From: Candidatus Woesearchaeota archaeon
Lineage (GTDB): Archaea > Nanobdellota > Nanobdellia > Woesearchaeales > DSVV01
DNA: 35,585 nt
Reading direction: 5' to 3'
Assembly: GCA_016205905.1 (NCBI GenBank)
Contig: JACQSP010000090.1
Location: 1 to 35,585 of the forward strand
Shown here: positions 1 to 7,969 of the stretch, piece after piece
Numbering within the stretch: the first letter of the stretch is position 1
Layout of the letters: every line of letters begins with the position of its first letter
Translations under genes and position numbers: made by a program
Notes under the pieces: generated by a model
Told to the model about the DNA's origin: nothing
The model's input: the letters and a program-made list of their open reading frames with translations, nothing else
Database searches by the model: none

Positions 1-128
1 GTAAATTTCCTGTCACGCTTTAAAGATCATTCAGCCTTATTATTCGCAAAAGAAGTTCAACCCCATTTATAATATTTGTGGGTGTATTTTATATCTTTTC
101 TTAATTTTATAACGATGTGGTAACAAAA

Positions 129-374
129 GTAATGATTTGTTTTATCATTTAATATTTTTTCTCTCACTCTCAACTAGTTTGTGGGACGCAGTCCACCGTT
201 ACATGAAAATGTTTGAAAGCTTGAAAGCTCGAAAGTGCGCCATATGAGTCGTACTTTCAAGCGGTCAAGCTTTCTAACCATCTTACCTTTTTTAGTGAAC
301 GTGTCCAATCAGGTAGGAAACAAAAAAATAAATCAGGGTGAACGTTTGGCTTCGCCATAAAACTAAACAAATAC
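129..374. repeat. Family-1 palindromic MITE-like element; left end degenerate and only approximate
   Basis: Right terminus CTAAACAAATAC (363-374). Left block CTCAACTAGTTTGTGGGACGCAGTCCACCG (169-198) and right block TTGGCTTCGCC (346-356) are shared with copies at 4813, 15975, 18612 and 27752. Internal 25-bp imperfect hairpin 215-239/250-274 (21 WC + 1 GU) is built from ~8-nt TNGAAAGC repeats. Confidence 0.5.
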
Positions 375-383
375 AAAAACAAT

Positions 384-1130
384 TTACAGCACTTTAATCT
401 TTCCAGCTTTTATCTCAAAAACTTCACCTTCTTTTATGAGATTTGTAATAATTTTTTCACAGTCCAAAACATTAGACTTCATAATAATCTCTTCAATGTC
501 AGCGCCGTTTCCAGTATCTAGCTCCTTAATTACATTTAACACCTTCTCAATCTTATTCTCTGTTTTGTTTTCAGTTATGTCTCCTATAATTTCTTCTTCT
601 TGGTAATGTTTTGTTGCATTACTTTCTGTCTTTTCAATTCTTTTTTCACTTTCCTTATTCTCAGCACTTTTTTTTGGTTCTGAACTTTCTTTATATGCTT
701 TCTCCCCGTTTGGTTTTGGAATTATGTTTTGCTTTTTCAGCTCAACTTTTCTCAATTCAATCCATTTCCTGTCTTTCAAAGGCTTGATAATTTCAGGCAC
801 AAGGTAAATTTGGTTATTAAACTCTCTGGGCTTGCCTATAACTCGTATACTTTCGCCGATATTAAACCTTGCAAAATTATATTTGTTTCCAAAATCCCTC
901 ACCTGTATGCTTCCTGTTCCGTCGTCAATAGTAAGGTTGTTAAATCTTTCTTCTGATTGTGTATCGATGACAATAGCGATAATATTAACCCTTGACACTT
1001 TTTTTTCGCCGACAATAACATAGTCAGGCGAAAATTCCTCATTGACTTTTACATAGCTCCCGCTGTTTATATCTTCTATTTTAACAATATATGCAGGCCA
1101 TCTTTCATAAGGCTGTTTTAGTTCTTCCAT
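384..1130 (-). CDS. OB-fold plus C-terminal winged-helix protein, RPA32/Stn1-like ssDNA-binding subunit (putative)
   Basis: 248-aa ORF. OB-like core VSRVNIIAIVID...TIDDGTGSIQVRDF...IGESIRVIGKPREFNNQIYL, then a K/E-rich linker and a wH-like C-terminus IEKVLNVIKEL...IITNLIKEGEVFE. Lies directly downstream of mcm on the same strand. Confidence 0.5.
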   Translation of the reverse strand: MEELKQPYERWPAYIVKIEDINSGSYVKVNEEFSPDYVIVGEKKVSRVNIIAIVIDTQSEERFNNLTIDDGTGSIQVRDFGNKYNFARFNIGESIRVIGKPREFNNQIYLVPEIIKPLKDRKWIELRKVELKKQNIIPKPNGEKAYKESSEPKKSAENKESEKRIEKTESNATKHYQEEEIIGDITENKTENKIEKVLNVIKELDTGNGADIEEIIMKSNVLDCEKIITNLIKEGEVFEIKAGKIKVL

Positions 1131-1176
1131 TGTAAAAAAGTTAAATGGTTTGAAAGTTAGGGGGTTTGATGGTAAT

Positions 1177-1272
1177 AATAAACTGTAAGAAGTAAAAGGT
1201 AGGGGTAAGAAGGAACAACTGCGATGTTATCATCGTACCTCTTACCTCAAACCTCTTACTTTTTACCTTTTT
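1177..1272. repeat. Family-2 palindromic element (AGGTAAG-type heptad arms around a conserved asymmetric core)
   Basis: Core GGAACAACTGCGATGTTATCATCGTACCTCTTACC (1212-1246) recurs at 5788-5823, 26543-26578 and inverted at 18704-18739. Mini-hairpin CGATG-TTAT-CATCG. The right arm ends 1 nt from the mcm stop codon. Confidence 0.75.
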
Positions 1273-4200
1273 TCATATCTTCTGTATCTCTCCTCTTTTT
1301 GGCTCGAATAAGTCACCATTCCTCTTCATTTTTTCAATCAGTTCCATAGTCTTATCTTCTTCAATGCCTTTTTCCTTTGCAGCATCAATTACTGTTTGCA
1401 GAGGTATATTTTTTCCAAGTGTTTCTTCAAGCTCATTAATCAGTTCTCTGACAATTACTATTCTGCTTCTTTCGGTTGTTGAAACACCAGTTGAAATTCT
1501 GTCAATATCTATCTTCCCTGTTTCAGGGTCCATACCTACCTGCTGCAGACAATATTCTAACATGGCTTTTGCTTTTTTTGCGTCTTTTCTGGTTACTTTG
1601 TCACCTAATCTTAGCTTTGCATATGCTTCTGACAGCCTGACAAGGCCTTCAAGCTGTCTTGCAGTTATGGGAATAGTTTTAATTCCTTTACCTTCAGTTG
1701 CCCCAGACGAGCGCATTTGAACATAATAATCTCTTAATTCTTCTATTGCAGCATCAGTTAGTTGCGGGCTCATTCTTTGTTTGGCGTAAACCAAATATTT
1801 TCTTAAAAGCTCAGTAGGTATATCAGGCTCTTCAGTATTTCTCATCTTATGCAGTTCAAGAATAAACTTTGCCATTTGTGTATCTTTTTCCTCGTCAGGA
1901 AGATCCTTTATTGGAAATATTAAATCAAACCTGCTGATTAATGTTGGGGGTAAATCTATTTGTCCGGCAATTGTGCCGTAAGGGTCAAACCGCCCTAATT
2001 TAGGGTTTGCTGCTGCTAATACAGTAGTTTCGCATCTTAATGTCGCCTGGATATTAGCTTTGGAAATGCTGACACTTTGTTGTTCCAATCCTTCGTGCAT
2101 AGCATCCCTGTCTTCGGGCGACATCTTATCCAGCTCGTCCACCATTAGAATACCCTTATTTGCGAGAACCATTGCGCCTGCTTCTAAGCTCCATCCTGAT
2201 AAGAATTCATCTTTGACGACGGCAGCGGTCAATCCCGCGCCGGAATTGTGGCAAATAATTCCGCCAAAACCCGCAACAAAATTTTCATTTTCGGGAACTG
2301 AAATATCGTATACATACTTATGCTTATTTTCAACTTCTTCTATTTTTTTTATTCTGACAAATCCAACATCAGAATTCATGAAGCCAACAAAATCAATTAA
2401 TTCGCTAATCAATTTATCTCCTTCTTCTGTTATTGTAACTTGTATTTGCCTACCCTCTTTTTGTTTATTGAACAGAGTGCTGTGCTCACCAATATATTCT
2501 AAAATTGATTCACCAAACCTTTTTCTTAATTCATTTCCATTCACAACTCCTTCCTGAGCAATAGAACAAAATCTATTAAGCAGCATGGTGTTGCTTAATG
2601 TGTTCGTGGTAATTCTGGTGGATTTGTTCGTCTTTACATTCTTGAAAAAATAGTTTGATAATACCTCTCCAAATTTTTTATATGGCGGCCGTTCATATCT
2701 ATTATCAAATTGTTTTCCTTCTTTCGGGCTTTTTAACTCATAAACATAACCATAATTATGGACATTTCTGCCGTTGATAACTGTTATTTTATCGCAGAAT
2801 TTTTTAGTAAGCGAAGCAATTTTTTTATTATAAAGGAAAATATATAATAAGTCTGACGCCAGTTCTTTTGATTTAGTAACTCCTGCGTCACCTTTGATAT
2901 ATGCTTCAATAAACTCTTGCTGCATTTCTGTGTTAGAATTGAATATTATTTGCGGTATTCTTTTTTCTTTTGCATGCTTATGTGCAACATCACCTAATAA
3001 TTTAACAAAAGTAGTATATGATTCTTTTCCATGAATAACCAGTCTTAAACCATTTTCTCCATGTTTGTTAATGCTAATTTCTTTGTTAAATTTATTCTTT
3101 ACAATATTCTGTAAATCTTTTACAATAGCAGTGTCTTTCTTCCCTAACGTGAATTCAACTTTATAATATTCTTTCTCTTTTGCATGGAGATGCCCTTCTG
3201 CAATAAAATATCCTAATAATCGTGCATACTCTTTATCAATCATGCTTATATTTTTTTGAGCTTTCAAATCATTTGCTCCACTATCAATATTAATATCTAT
3301 TTTTGGTTCTTTTTCATCTTCAATAATAATCTTTTTAGGGATTAATACATAATCATTAGTTCCTAACTCTTGTGAGGTTTTGACCATAATTTTACCATTT
3401 TCAATCGTGTAAATGCTGTGGTCTTTTGTTACAGTTACTTCTCTTCCACTTTCAAGATAAAATTTGAGCAGCTTATCATCAGTAGTATGCCTAAAGACAC
3501 AACTTATCGGTTTCCATTCTAATTTCTTGGTGTCATTATTTAAAGAAAGCGCGAGAATATTCTTTTTTAACGGAACAAAAACATTTTCTTTATTTTCGCT
3601 ATGAGCATCAACAAATTCACCAATCTTTATAATTTGAAGATTATTATTATCTTTGATTAATAAAGATTCATTATATTCTAAACTCACGCCCTTCCCTGAC
3701 ACGTACCTTGCCTTAGGTGCGACGACAGAAGCGCGCTTTAAAATTTGGGATTTCCCGCAACCCGGATCCCCTATCAATAAAATATGTATATCTCCTCTCG
3801 TTTTCACTCCATCTTCTCTATGTTTTGTTACACCACCGACAAACTGCATGCATAATGCTTCCTTAACCCTATCATGCCCAAAAATTCCAGGAGCTAAAGA
3901 ACTTGTTAATTTTTCATAAATTAATGGGTCGCTTGCAAGAACTTTTATTCTTTCTTCATCTTCTGCTGAAATTTCTATATTAGAATAATCCTCCTCGACA
4001 CCTTCTACGCAGTTGGCCTCTATAAGCAAATCAAACTTTGTGCTTTGCCCGCCGGTTTTTAAAATTATGGGTACTTCTTTGATTATGCCAACAACCCTTA
4101 TATTATTACCAGGGTTTGTTCTTTTTTCTGACATTGGGCTTACTAAATCATTTTTTAGGAAGATATTAATTCTTTTTGGCTGCTCACCGCCTTCCATGTC

Positions 4201-4743
4201 TTTGGTAGATTCTTCTAAAACAATACCTTGTGCGTCAACAAGCTCTTTGCTTATCATCTTAAACTTGCCTTTTCTGCCGCAGTTGCATCTGCTTGGCTCC
4301 TTAAACTTTTTCTCGAGCTGAAGAACGGGAATAATATTGCCGCAACTGGGGCATTCAAACCTTGCAGAAGTTACCTGCGGCCTTACATCAGACTTTTGCC
4401 TTACAACACCTTCTGTCCAGATAAATTTGCCCAAATGATTGCTTCTGATATTTCTTATAAGAATATATTGTTCTTTTGGCAGATTTTTTACCCTGACTGT
4501 TATTTGTTTTATATCGTTTGCATTCTCGCCCAAATCAAAATTTTTTATGGCAAGCTCAAATGCTTTAATAGTTTCTTCTGGCTTGTCAAGCAATTCTTCA
4601 GAAACATCTAAATTAAACTTGCACAACTCCTGAAAATCTATAATGAGAACATGTTTGCCCTGCCTTACATTTTCAAATAGCTCTGTTTGGCAGTTTTTCT
4701 CTACAAAATCCTGAAATTTAGTGATTACTTCGTTTACTTCCAT
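1273..4743 (-). CDS. mcm: MCM replicative helicase, intein-containing precursor (1156 aa; 676 aa after splicing)
   Basis: Zn finger CPSCG...CNCG, Walker A GDPGCGKS (aa 325-332), Walker B ILMVDELDKM, AAANP, arginine-finger SRFDLIF and a C-terminal winged helix. The conserved SGKG-V/S-GAGLTAAVV motif is split by 480 aa. Confidence 0.97.
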   Translation of the reverse strand: MEVNEVITKFQDFVEKNCQTELFENVRQGKHVLIIDFQELCKFNLDVSEELLDKPEETIKAFELAIKNFDLGENANDIKQITVRVKNLPKEQYILIRNIRSNHLGKFIWTEGVVRQKSDVRPQVTSARFECPSCGNIIPVLQLEKKFKEPSRCNCGRKGKFKMISKELVDAQGIVLEESTKDMEGGEQPKRINIFLKNDLVSPMSEKRTNPGNNIRVVGIIKEVPIILKTGGQSTKFDLLIEANCVEGVEEDYSNIEISAEDEERIKVLASDPLIYEKLTSSLAPGIFGHDRVKEALCMQFVGGVTKHREDGVKTRGDIHILLIGDPGCGKSQILKRASVVAPKARYVSGKGVSLEYNESLLIKDNNNLQIIKIGEFVDAHSENKENVFVPLKKNILALSLNNDTKKLEWKPISCVFRHTTDDKLLKFYLESGREVTVTKDHSIYTIENGKIMVKTSQELGTNDYVLIPKKIIIEDEKEPKIDINIDSGANDLKAQKNISMIDKEYARLLGYFIAEGHLHAKEKEYYKVEFTLGKKDTAIVKDLQNIVKNKFNKEISINKHGENGLRLVIHGKESYTTFVKLLGDVAHKHAKEKRIPQIIFNSNTEMQQEFIEAYIKGDAGVTKSKELASDLLYIFLYNKKIASLTKKFCDKITVINGRNVHNYGYVYELKSPKEGKQFDNRYERPPYKKFGEVLSNYFFKNVKTNKSTRITTNTLSNTMLLNRFCSIAQEGVVNGNELRKRFGESILEYIGEHSTLFNKQKEGRQIQVTITEEGDKLISELIDFVGFMNSDVGFVRIKKIEEVENKHKYVYDISVPENENFVAGFGGIICHNSGAGLTAAVVKDEFLSGWSLEAGAMVLANKGILMVDELDKMSPEDRDAMHEGLEQQSVSISKANIQATLRCETTVLAAANPKLGRFDPYGTIAGQIDLPPTLISRFDLIFPIKDLPDEEKDTQMAKFILELHKMRNTEEPDIPTELLRKYLVYAKQRMSPQLTDAAIEELRDYYVQMRSSGATEGKGIKTIPITARQLEGLVRLSEAYAKLRLGDKVTRKDAKKAKAMLEYCLQQVGMDPETGKIDIDRISTGVSTTERSRIVIVRELINELEETLGKNIPLQTVIDAAKEKGIEEDKTMELIEKMKRNGDLFEPKRGEIQKI
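2245..3684 (-). mobile_element. Intein (480 aa, MCM aa 354-833) with LAGLIDADG homing-endonuclease domain
   Basis: Begins with Ser (GKGV|SLEYNESLLI) and ends IICHN|S with +1 Ser. Block B TKDH. Two LAGLIDADG motifs, LLGYFIAEGHL and FIEAYIKGDAGV. Removing it restores YVSGKGV-SGAGLTAAVVKDE. Confidence 0.9.
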
Positions 4744-4812
4744 GTTTCAGGAGCTATTTGTTTGCCTGCTCCAACACCCCCTATGTTTTGCAAATGAAAC
4801 TTAAAATAATTA

Positions 4813-5017
4813 GTATTTGTTTAGCTGATTTCTTTTTTATATCTTTTTTATCGCTCTCAACACGTTTGTGGGCGCAGCCACCCGTCTCATGAATTATTAG
4901 TTATTCGTTCTTCGTCATTCGTAACTAAGAACGAAAAACGAATAACAGTTCTATCATGAACGAATACCTGTTTTATCCTAATGAATCGGTGGCTTCGCCT
5001 TATCACTAAACAAATAA
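4813..5017. mobile_element. Family-1 MITE (205 bp) with 8-bp target-site duplication
   Basis: Terminal inverted repeats GTATTTGTTTAG (4813-4824) and CTAAACAAATAA (5006-5017), 11/12 complementary. Flanked by perfect direct repeats AATAATTA (4805-4812 and 5018-5025). Inner inverted pair GGCGCAGCCACC/GGTGGCTTCGCC. Central hairpin 4900-4915/4931-4946 (15/16). Confidence 0.8.
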
Positions 5018-5062
5018 AATAATTATAATAACATATCAAAGACAATAATAATAACTCTAAAA

Positions 5063-5653
5063 TTATTTTTTCTTTGTTTTCTTTAAATTCTCAATTAACT
5101 TGTCAACTGCTTCATCAACTTCCTTGTCGCTCTTTGTTCCTGTGCATACTATTTTTCCGTTGCTGAACAACAAAAAGGTTGCTTTTGCCTGAGGCAGTTT
5201 GTAAACTAGCCCTGGAAATTGTTCTGGCTCGTATTCAGTATTTTCCAATTTCATTGCTAGAACATTCAAGTTTAGGTCCATGCCTACACTTCCGGAAGCA
5301 ACAATATTTTGGATATTAATCTTTGGCTTGATTTTGATTTTTATGTTAATCTTTTCCAAACTTTTGATAATCTTTTTAATGGATTCTTCTACTTTTTCCA
5401 TGCTTCTTGCGCCTGTGCAGACAACTTTGCCAGAGCTGAAGATCAAAGCAGAAGTTTTTGGCTCCCTTATTCTTATGACTAATCCAGGGAATTGTTCAGG
5501 ATTGTATTCTGTATTGCTTAATGTAGCAGCCATCTTTTCCAATGGTATATCATGCTCCAAAGATGTGCTGACAACAATGTTTACAACATGAATATCTCGT
5601 TTTTCTGGCTCTTGTTTAGGTAATTCTTTTTTTGCCAAATTAATCGCCCCCAT
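5063..5653 (-). CDS. tbp: TATA-box-binding protein
   Basis: 196 aa with two TBP repeats: YNPEQFPGLVIRIREPKTSALIFSSGKVVCTGA and YEPEQFPGLVYKLPQAKATFLLFSNGKIVCTGT. Short basic C-terminal tail KKTKKK. Confidence 0.97.
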   Translation of the reverse strand: MGAINLAKKELPKQEPEKRDIHVVNIVVSTSLEHDIPLEKMAATLSNTEYNPEQFPGLVIRIREPKTSALIFSSGKVVCTGARSMEKVEESIKKIIKSLEKINIKIKIKPKINIQNIVASGSVGMDLNLNVLAMKLENTEYEPEQFPGLVYKLPQAKATFLLFSNGKIVCTGTKSDKEVDEAVDKLIENLKKTKKK

Positions 5654-5703
5654 TAATATTTATTTTATCTATTGGTAGTGAGCAAGCAGTTATCTTGCTT
5701 TTA

Positions 5704-5723
5704 CCTTTATAAACCTTTATAAA
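5704..5723 (-). promoter_or_regulatory. Tandem duplicated TATA box upstream of tbp (candidate promoter)
   Basis: CCTTTATAAA occurs twice back to back on the + strand, which reads TTTATAAAGG x2 on the tbp strand. It lies 51-70 nt upstream of the tbp ATG. No TATA-like sequence sits at -27 relative to the ATG. Confidence 0.4.
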
Positions 5724-5755
5724 TAACTATCTCATATTTAAATACTGTGTTTTTT

Positions 5756-5848
5756 AAAGGTAGGAAAGTAAGAGGTTTGAGGTAAGAGGGAACAACTACG
5801 AGATTATCATCGTACCTCTTACCTCTAACCTCTTACATCTAACTCTTT
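5756..5848. repeat. Family-2 palindromic element
   Basis: Left arm AAAGGTAGGAAAGTAAGAGGTTTGAGGTAAGAGGG, core AACAACTACGAGATTATCATCGT, right arm ACCTCTTACCTCTAACCTCTTACATCT. Lies in the divergent tbp/thiI-like spacer. Confidence 0.75.
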
Positions 5849-5893
5849 AATAAACATTATTAATATCCACTATATAACACCCCTTGATTTCCG

Positions 5894-6991
5894 ATGGAAC
5901 TTACCTCAACTAATATGGATTTGTGTATAATAAGGTACGCAGAAATAGCATTGAAAGGCAAAAACAGGCAATTATTCGAGAAAAAGCTAGTTTACAATCT
6001 AAAAAACTGTTTAAAGTTAAATAAATTGCCTTTTGCTGAAATAAAGCGTTTTGAAGGCAGAATTTTTGTTTTTATAGATAAAAATAACGATTTAGATTTA
6101 AATAACCCTAAAAACCATGATTTAAACACAAATACCCAAAAAAAAGAGGGGTTAGAATCAAATCCTTACTCCTTACTAGCTAACGTGTTTGGCGTTTCTT
6201 CTATTAGTTTCCCTGTTGAAAGTACACTTACACTTGAACCTATCCAAACAGCGATAGACAACCTTATCAAGGAGAGAATTAAAGATAAAGTTAATGGCAA
6301 GAACTTTAACACATTTAGGATTACTACAAAGAAACTTGACCAAACTATTTCTAAATCGTCGCATGAATTCGATGTTGAGCTAGGCAGTTATGTTGAAACT
6401 ATATATAAAAAAAAGGTTTCTTTGAAAGAGTTTGATCTTAATATACAGGTTGAGCTAATTCATGGCAAAGCCTATGTATTTTTAGACAAAGTTAAAGGTG
6501 TTGGTGGTTTGCCATATGGTATTGAAGGCAGAACATTGGCTCTGGTAAAGAACAAGCAAGACCTTTTTGCTGCTTTATTAATGATGAAACGAGGGTGTGC
6601 AGTTGTTTGTTTAACTCTTCCTAGCCTCGAATCAACCTTGAGAACCACATTTCTTAATTACGGCGTTAAACCAAAAATTATAAATGTTAATGCCTTTGAC
6701 AATGAAAAGATAGATGAAATAAAATTTAAAGAAAATATAGAAGATATCACTAAACATCATAAAATAAAAGAATTTGATAAAATAACAATAACCGAAACTA
6801 CTAAATTTCATAAAACAGAAGAATTTGATAAAAGAACAATAGAAGAAATTGCTAAATTTCATCAAATTGAATCAATTGTCACTGGGCAAACATTAAATAA
6901 TTTCAAACCATTAACCAATCTGGTTGAGTTCAGGCCATTGATAGGGATGGATGAAGGAGAGATTAGGTGTAAGATTAAAGAAATGATATAA
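5894..6991 (+). CDS. ThiI-like protein (N-terminal ferredoxin-like + THUMP domains) with degenerate PP-loop domain
   Basis: N-terminus IIRYAEIALKGKNRQLFEKKL is typical of ThiI. GVGGLPYGIEGRTLAL is followed by VKNKQD where ThiI has SGGxDS. The C-terminal VTGQTLNN...FRPLIGMDEGEI resembles ThiI TGEsLGQVaSQT...RPLig.dK.EI but lacks SQT. Confidence 0.6.
   Translation: MELTSTNMDLCIIRYAEIALKGKNRQLFEKKLVYNLKNCLKLNKLPFAEIKRFEGRIFVFIDKNNDLDLNNPKNHDLNTNTQKKEGLESNPYSLLANVFGVSSISFPVESTLTLEPIQTAIDNLIKERIKDKVNGKNFNTFRITTKKLDQTISKSSHEFDVELGSYVETIYKKKVSLKEFDLNIQVELIHGKAYVFLDKVKGVGGLPYGIEGRTLALVKNKQDLFAALLMMKRGCAVVCLTLPSLESTLRTTFLNYGVKPKIINVNAFDNEKIDEIKFKENIEDITKHHKIKEFDKITITETTKFHKTEEFDKRTIEEIAKFHQIESIVTGQTLNNFKPLTNLVEFRPLIGMDEGEIRCKIKEMI
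6746..6871 (+). repeat. In-frame 51-bp (17-aa) tandem repeat, about 2.5 copies, inside the ThiI-like CDS
   Basis: ITKHHKIKEFDKITITE / TTKFHKTEEFDKRTIEE / IAKFHQIE (aa 285-326). Confidence 0.8.
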
Positions 6992-7375
6992 AGTGAATAA
7001 ATTGTTTTATTAATATACCAATTCTTAATTGTTTATTCATAAATCTGAAGTATAATCTGTTATAATTTATTTATTGAATTATGAATTATTATTAATGAAT
7101 CAGTATAGTTAATGTTTATTTATTGCTCACTACTCGTTTGTTGGTTGTGGTAGGCTGTTGGTCGTGGACATCATCCCACAATTATTAACGTCGTCCGTTA
7201 TACGACAAACGACATACGACAAACTCGTTTCTGACCACTGAAACCTGACATTAATATGTCCACTGGTTTAAAAGCTCTAAACTCCTCAGCAGTTAGCTCA
7301 ATAGGGCTTTTAATAGATGTCCACTGGACAAGTCGGCGTAAGGTTTATATAGATAGCTGGTTTTACAGTCAACTT

Positions 7376-7768
7376 ATGAAAACTGACAATATTCATAATG
7401 CGTTGGTTGTATTTGAAGGTAAACAGATTAGGCGAGTCTGGGTTGATAACCAATGGTTCTTCTCTGTAATTGATATAATCAGAGTATTAACAGAAAGTGT
7501 TGATGCTAAAGATTATTGGTATAGGCTAAAGCAGAGAGAACAAGAAACAAGTGATGTTCAACTATCGACAATTTGTCGACAGTTGAAACTCCTTGCAGAA
7601 GATGGCAAACTTAGAGAAACTGATTGTGCCAATACAAAAAATATGTTTAGAATAATTCAATCAGTTCCTTCCCCAAAAGCAGAACCGTTTACTATTCAAA
7701 AATTCCGAGACACTGTCGCAGAAATTGTCTTGAAGCCACTACTGCCTTTTGCTGAGGAGAGACAATGA
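7376..7768 (+). pseudogene. Truncated Bro-N domain protein (homology ends about 7690)
   Basis: MKTDNIHNALVVFEGKQIRRVWVDNQWFFSVIDIIRVLTES...DYWYRLKQRE...LSTICRQLKL...FRIIQSVPSPKAEPF matches the N-terminal half of the common ~270-aa Bro-N family. The expected KLWLAKVGYERIEE continuation is absent. The 40 codons upstream of M41 (7256-7375) look non-coding. Confidence 0.6.
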
Positions 7769-7889
7769 CTTTGCACGCCAGTTTTATCTTGTTGAAACTG
7801 AAAAAGAATTTTGGAGTGTAATGGAACTCGACAGGCAAATAAGTTCAATGCTGTATGAAAGGCTTGCCTTAAGCAGTGAAAAAAACAAA
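7752..7889 (+). pseudogene. Fragment of a DUF1016/YhcG-type protein (N-terminal domain only)
   Basis: LRRDNDFARQFYLVETEKEFWSVMELDRQISSMLYERLALSSEKNK fits the YhcG N-terminal pattern (FY..E.....WSvReLeRQI.S.LfERLaLSkdK). No PD-(D/E)xK nuclease part follows, and the frame runs into a repeat arm. Confidence 0.5.
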
Positions 7890-7969
7890 TTAAACAATCA
7901 TAGTGAACGAATGGCTTCGCCAAGGAACGAAAAACAAACAAAAAGAACAGATAATAATAATTCACGACC

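Larger units (their letters stand above)
7103..7945. mobile_element. Candidate composite element: family-1-like arms enclosing two gene fragments (hypothesis)
   Basis: Left arm TATTGCTCACTACTCGTTTGT (7121-7141) matches ATTGCTCACAGCACGTTTGT at 27811-27830. Right arm AGTGAACGAATGGCTTCGCCAAGGAACGAAAAACAAACAAAAAG (ends 7945) matches GGTGAACGTTTGGCTTCGCC at 337-356 and is the reverse complement of 29613-29645. The ACGACAA-type heptads at 7200-7225 resemble the arms at 16083-16110. Confidence 0.35.

Noticed and set aside
1364-4633. Plus-strand ORFs of 64-165 aa inside the mcm gene (1364..1720, 2060..2557, 3653..3919, 4013..4321, 4228..4611, 4439..4633)
   Set aside because: They are antisense shadows of a strongly supported 1156-aa CDS. 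Their low-complexity S/L/F-rich translations are typical of the reverse frame of AT-rich coding DNA.
4754-4768. CTATTTGTTTGCCTG next to the mcm start codon, resembling the MITE terminus GTATTTGTTTAGCTG
   Set aside because: The match is only about 11/15 in AT-rich sequence, with no partner terminus or TSD. It could be a remnant but cannot be supported.
7256-7375. N-terminal 40 codons of the track ORF 7256..7768, and the minus-strand ORF 7696..8013
   Set aside because: Bro-N homology starts at M41 (7376). The upstream part lies in repeat and decayed sequence. The minus-strand ORF overlaps two gene fragments and the rnp3 start and resembles nothing recognisable.
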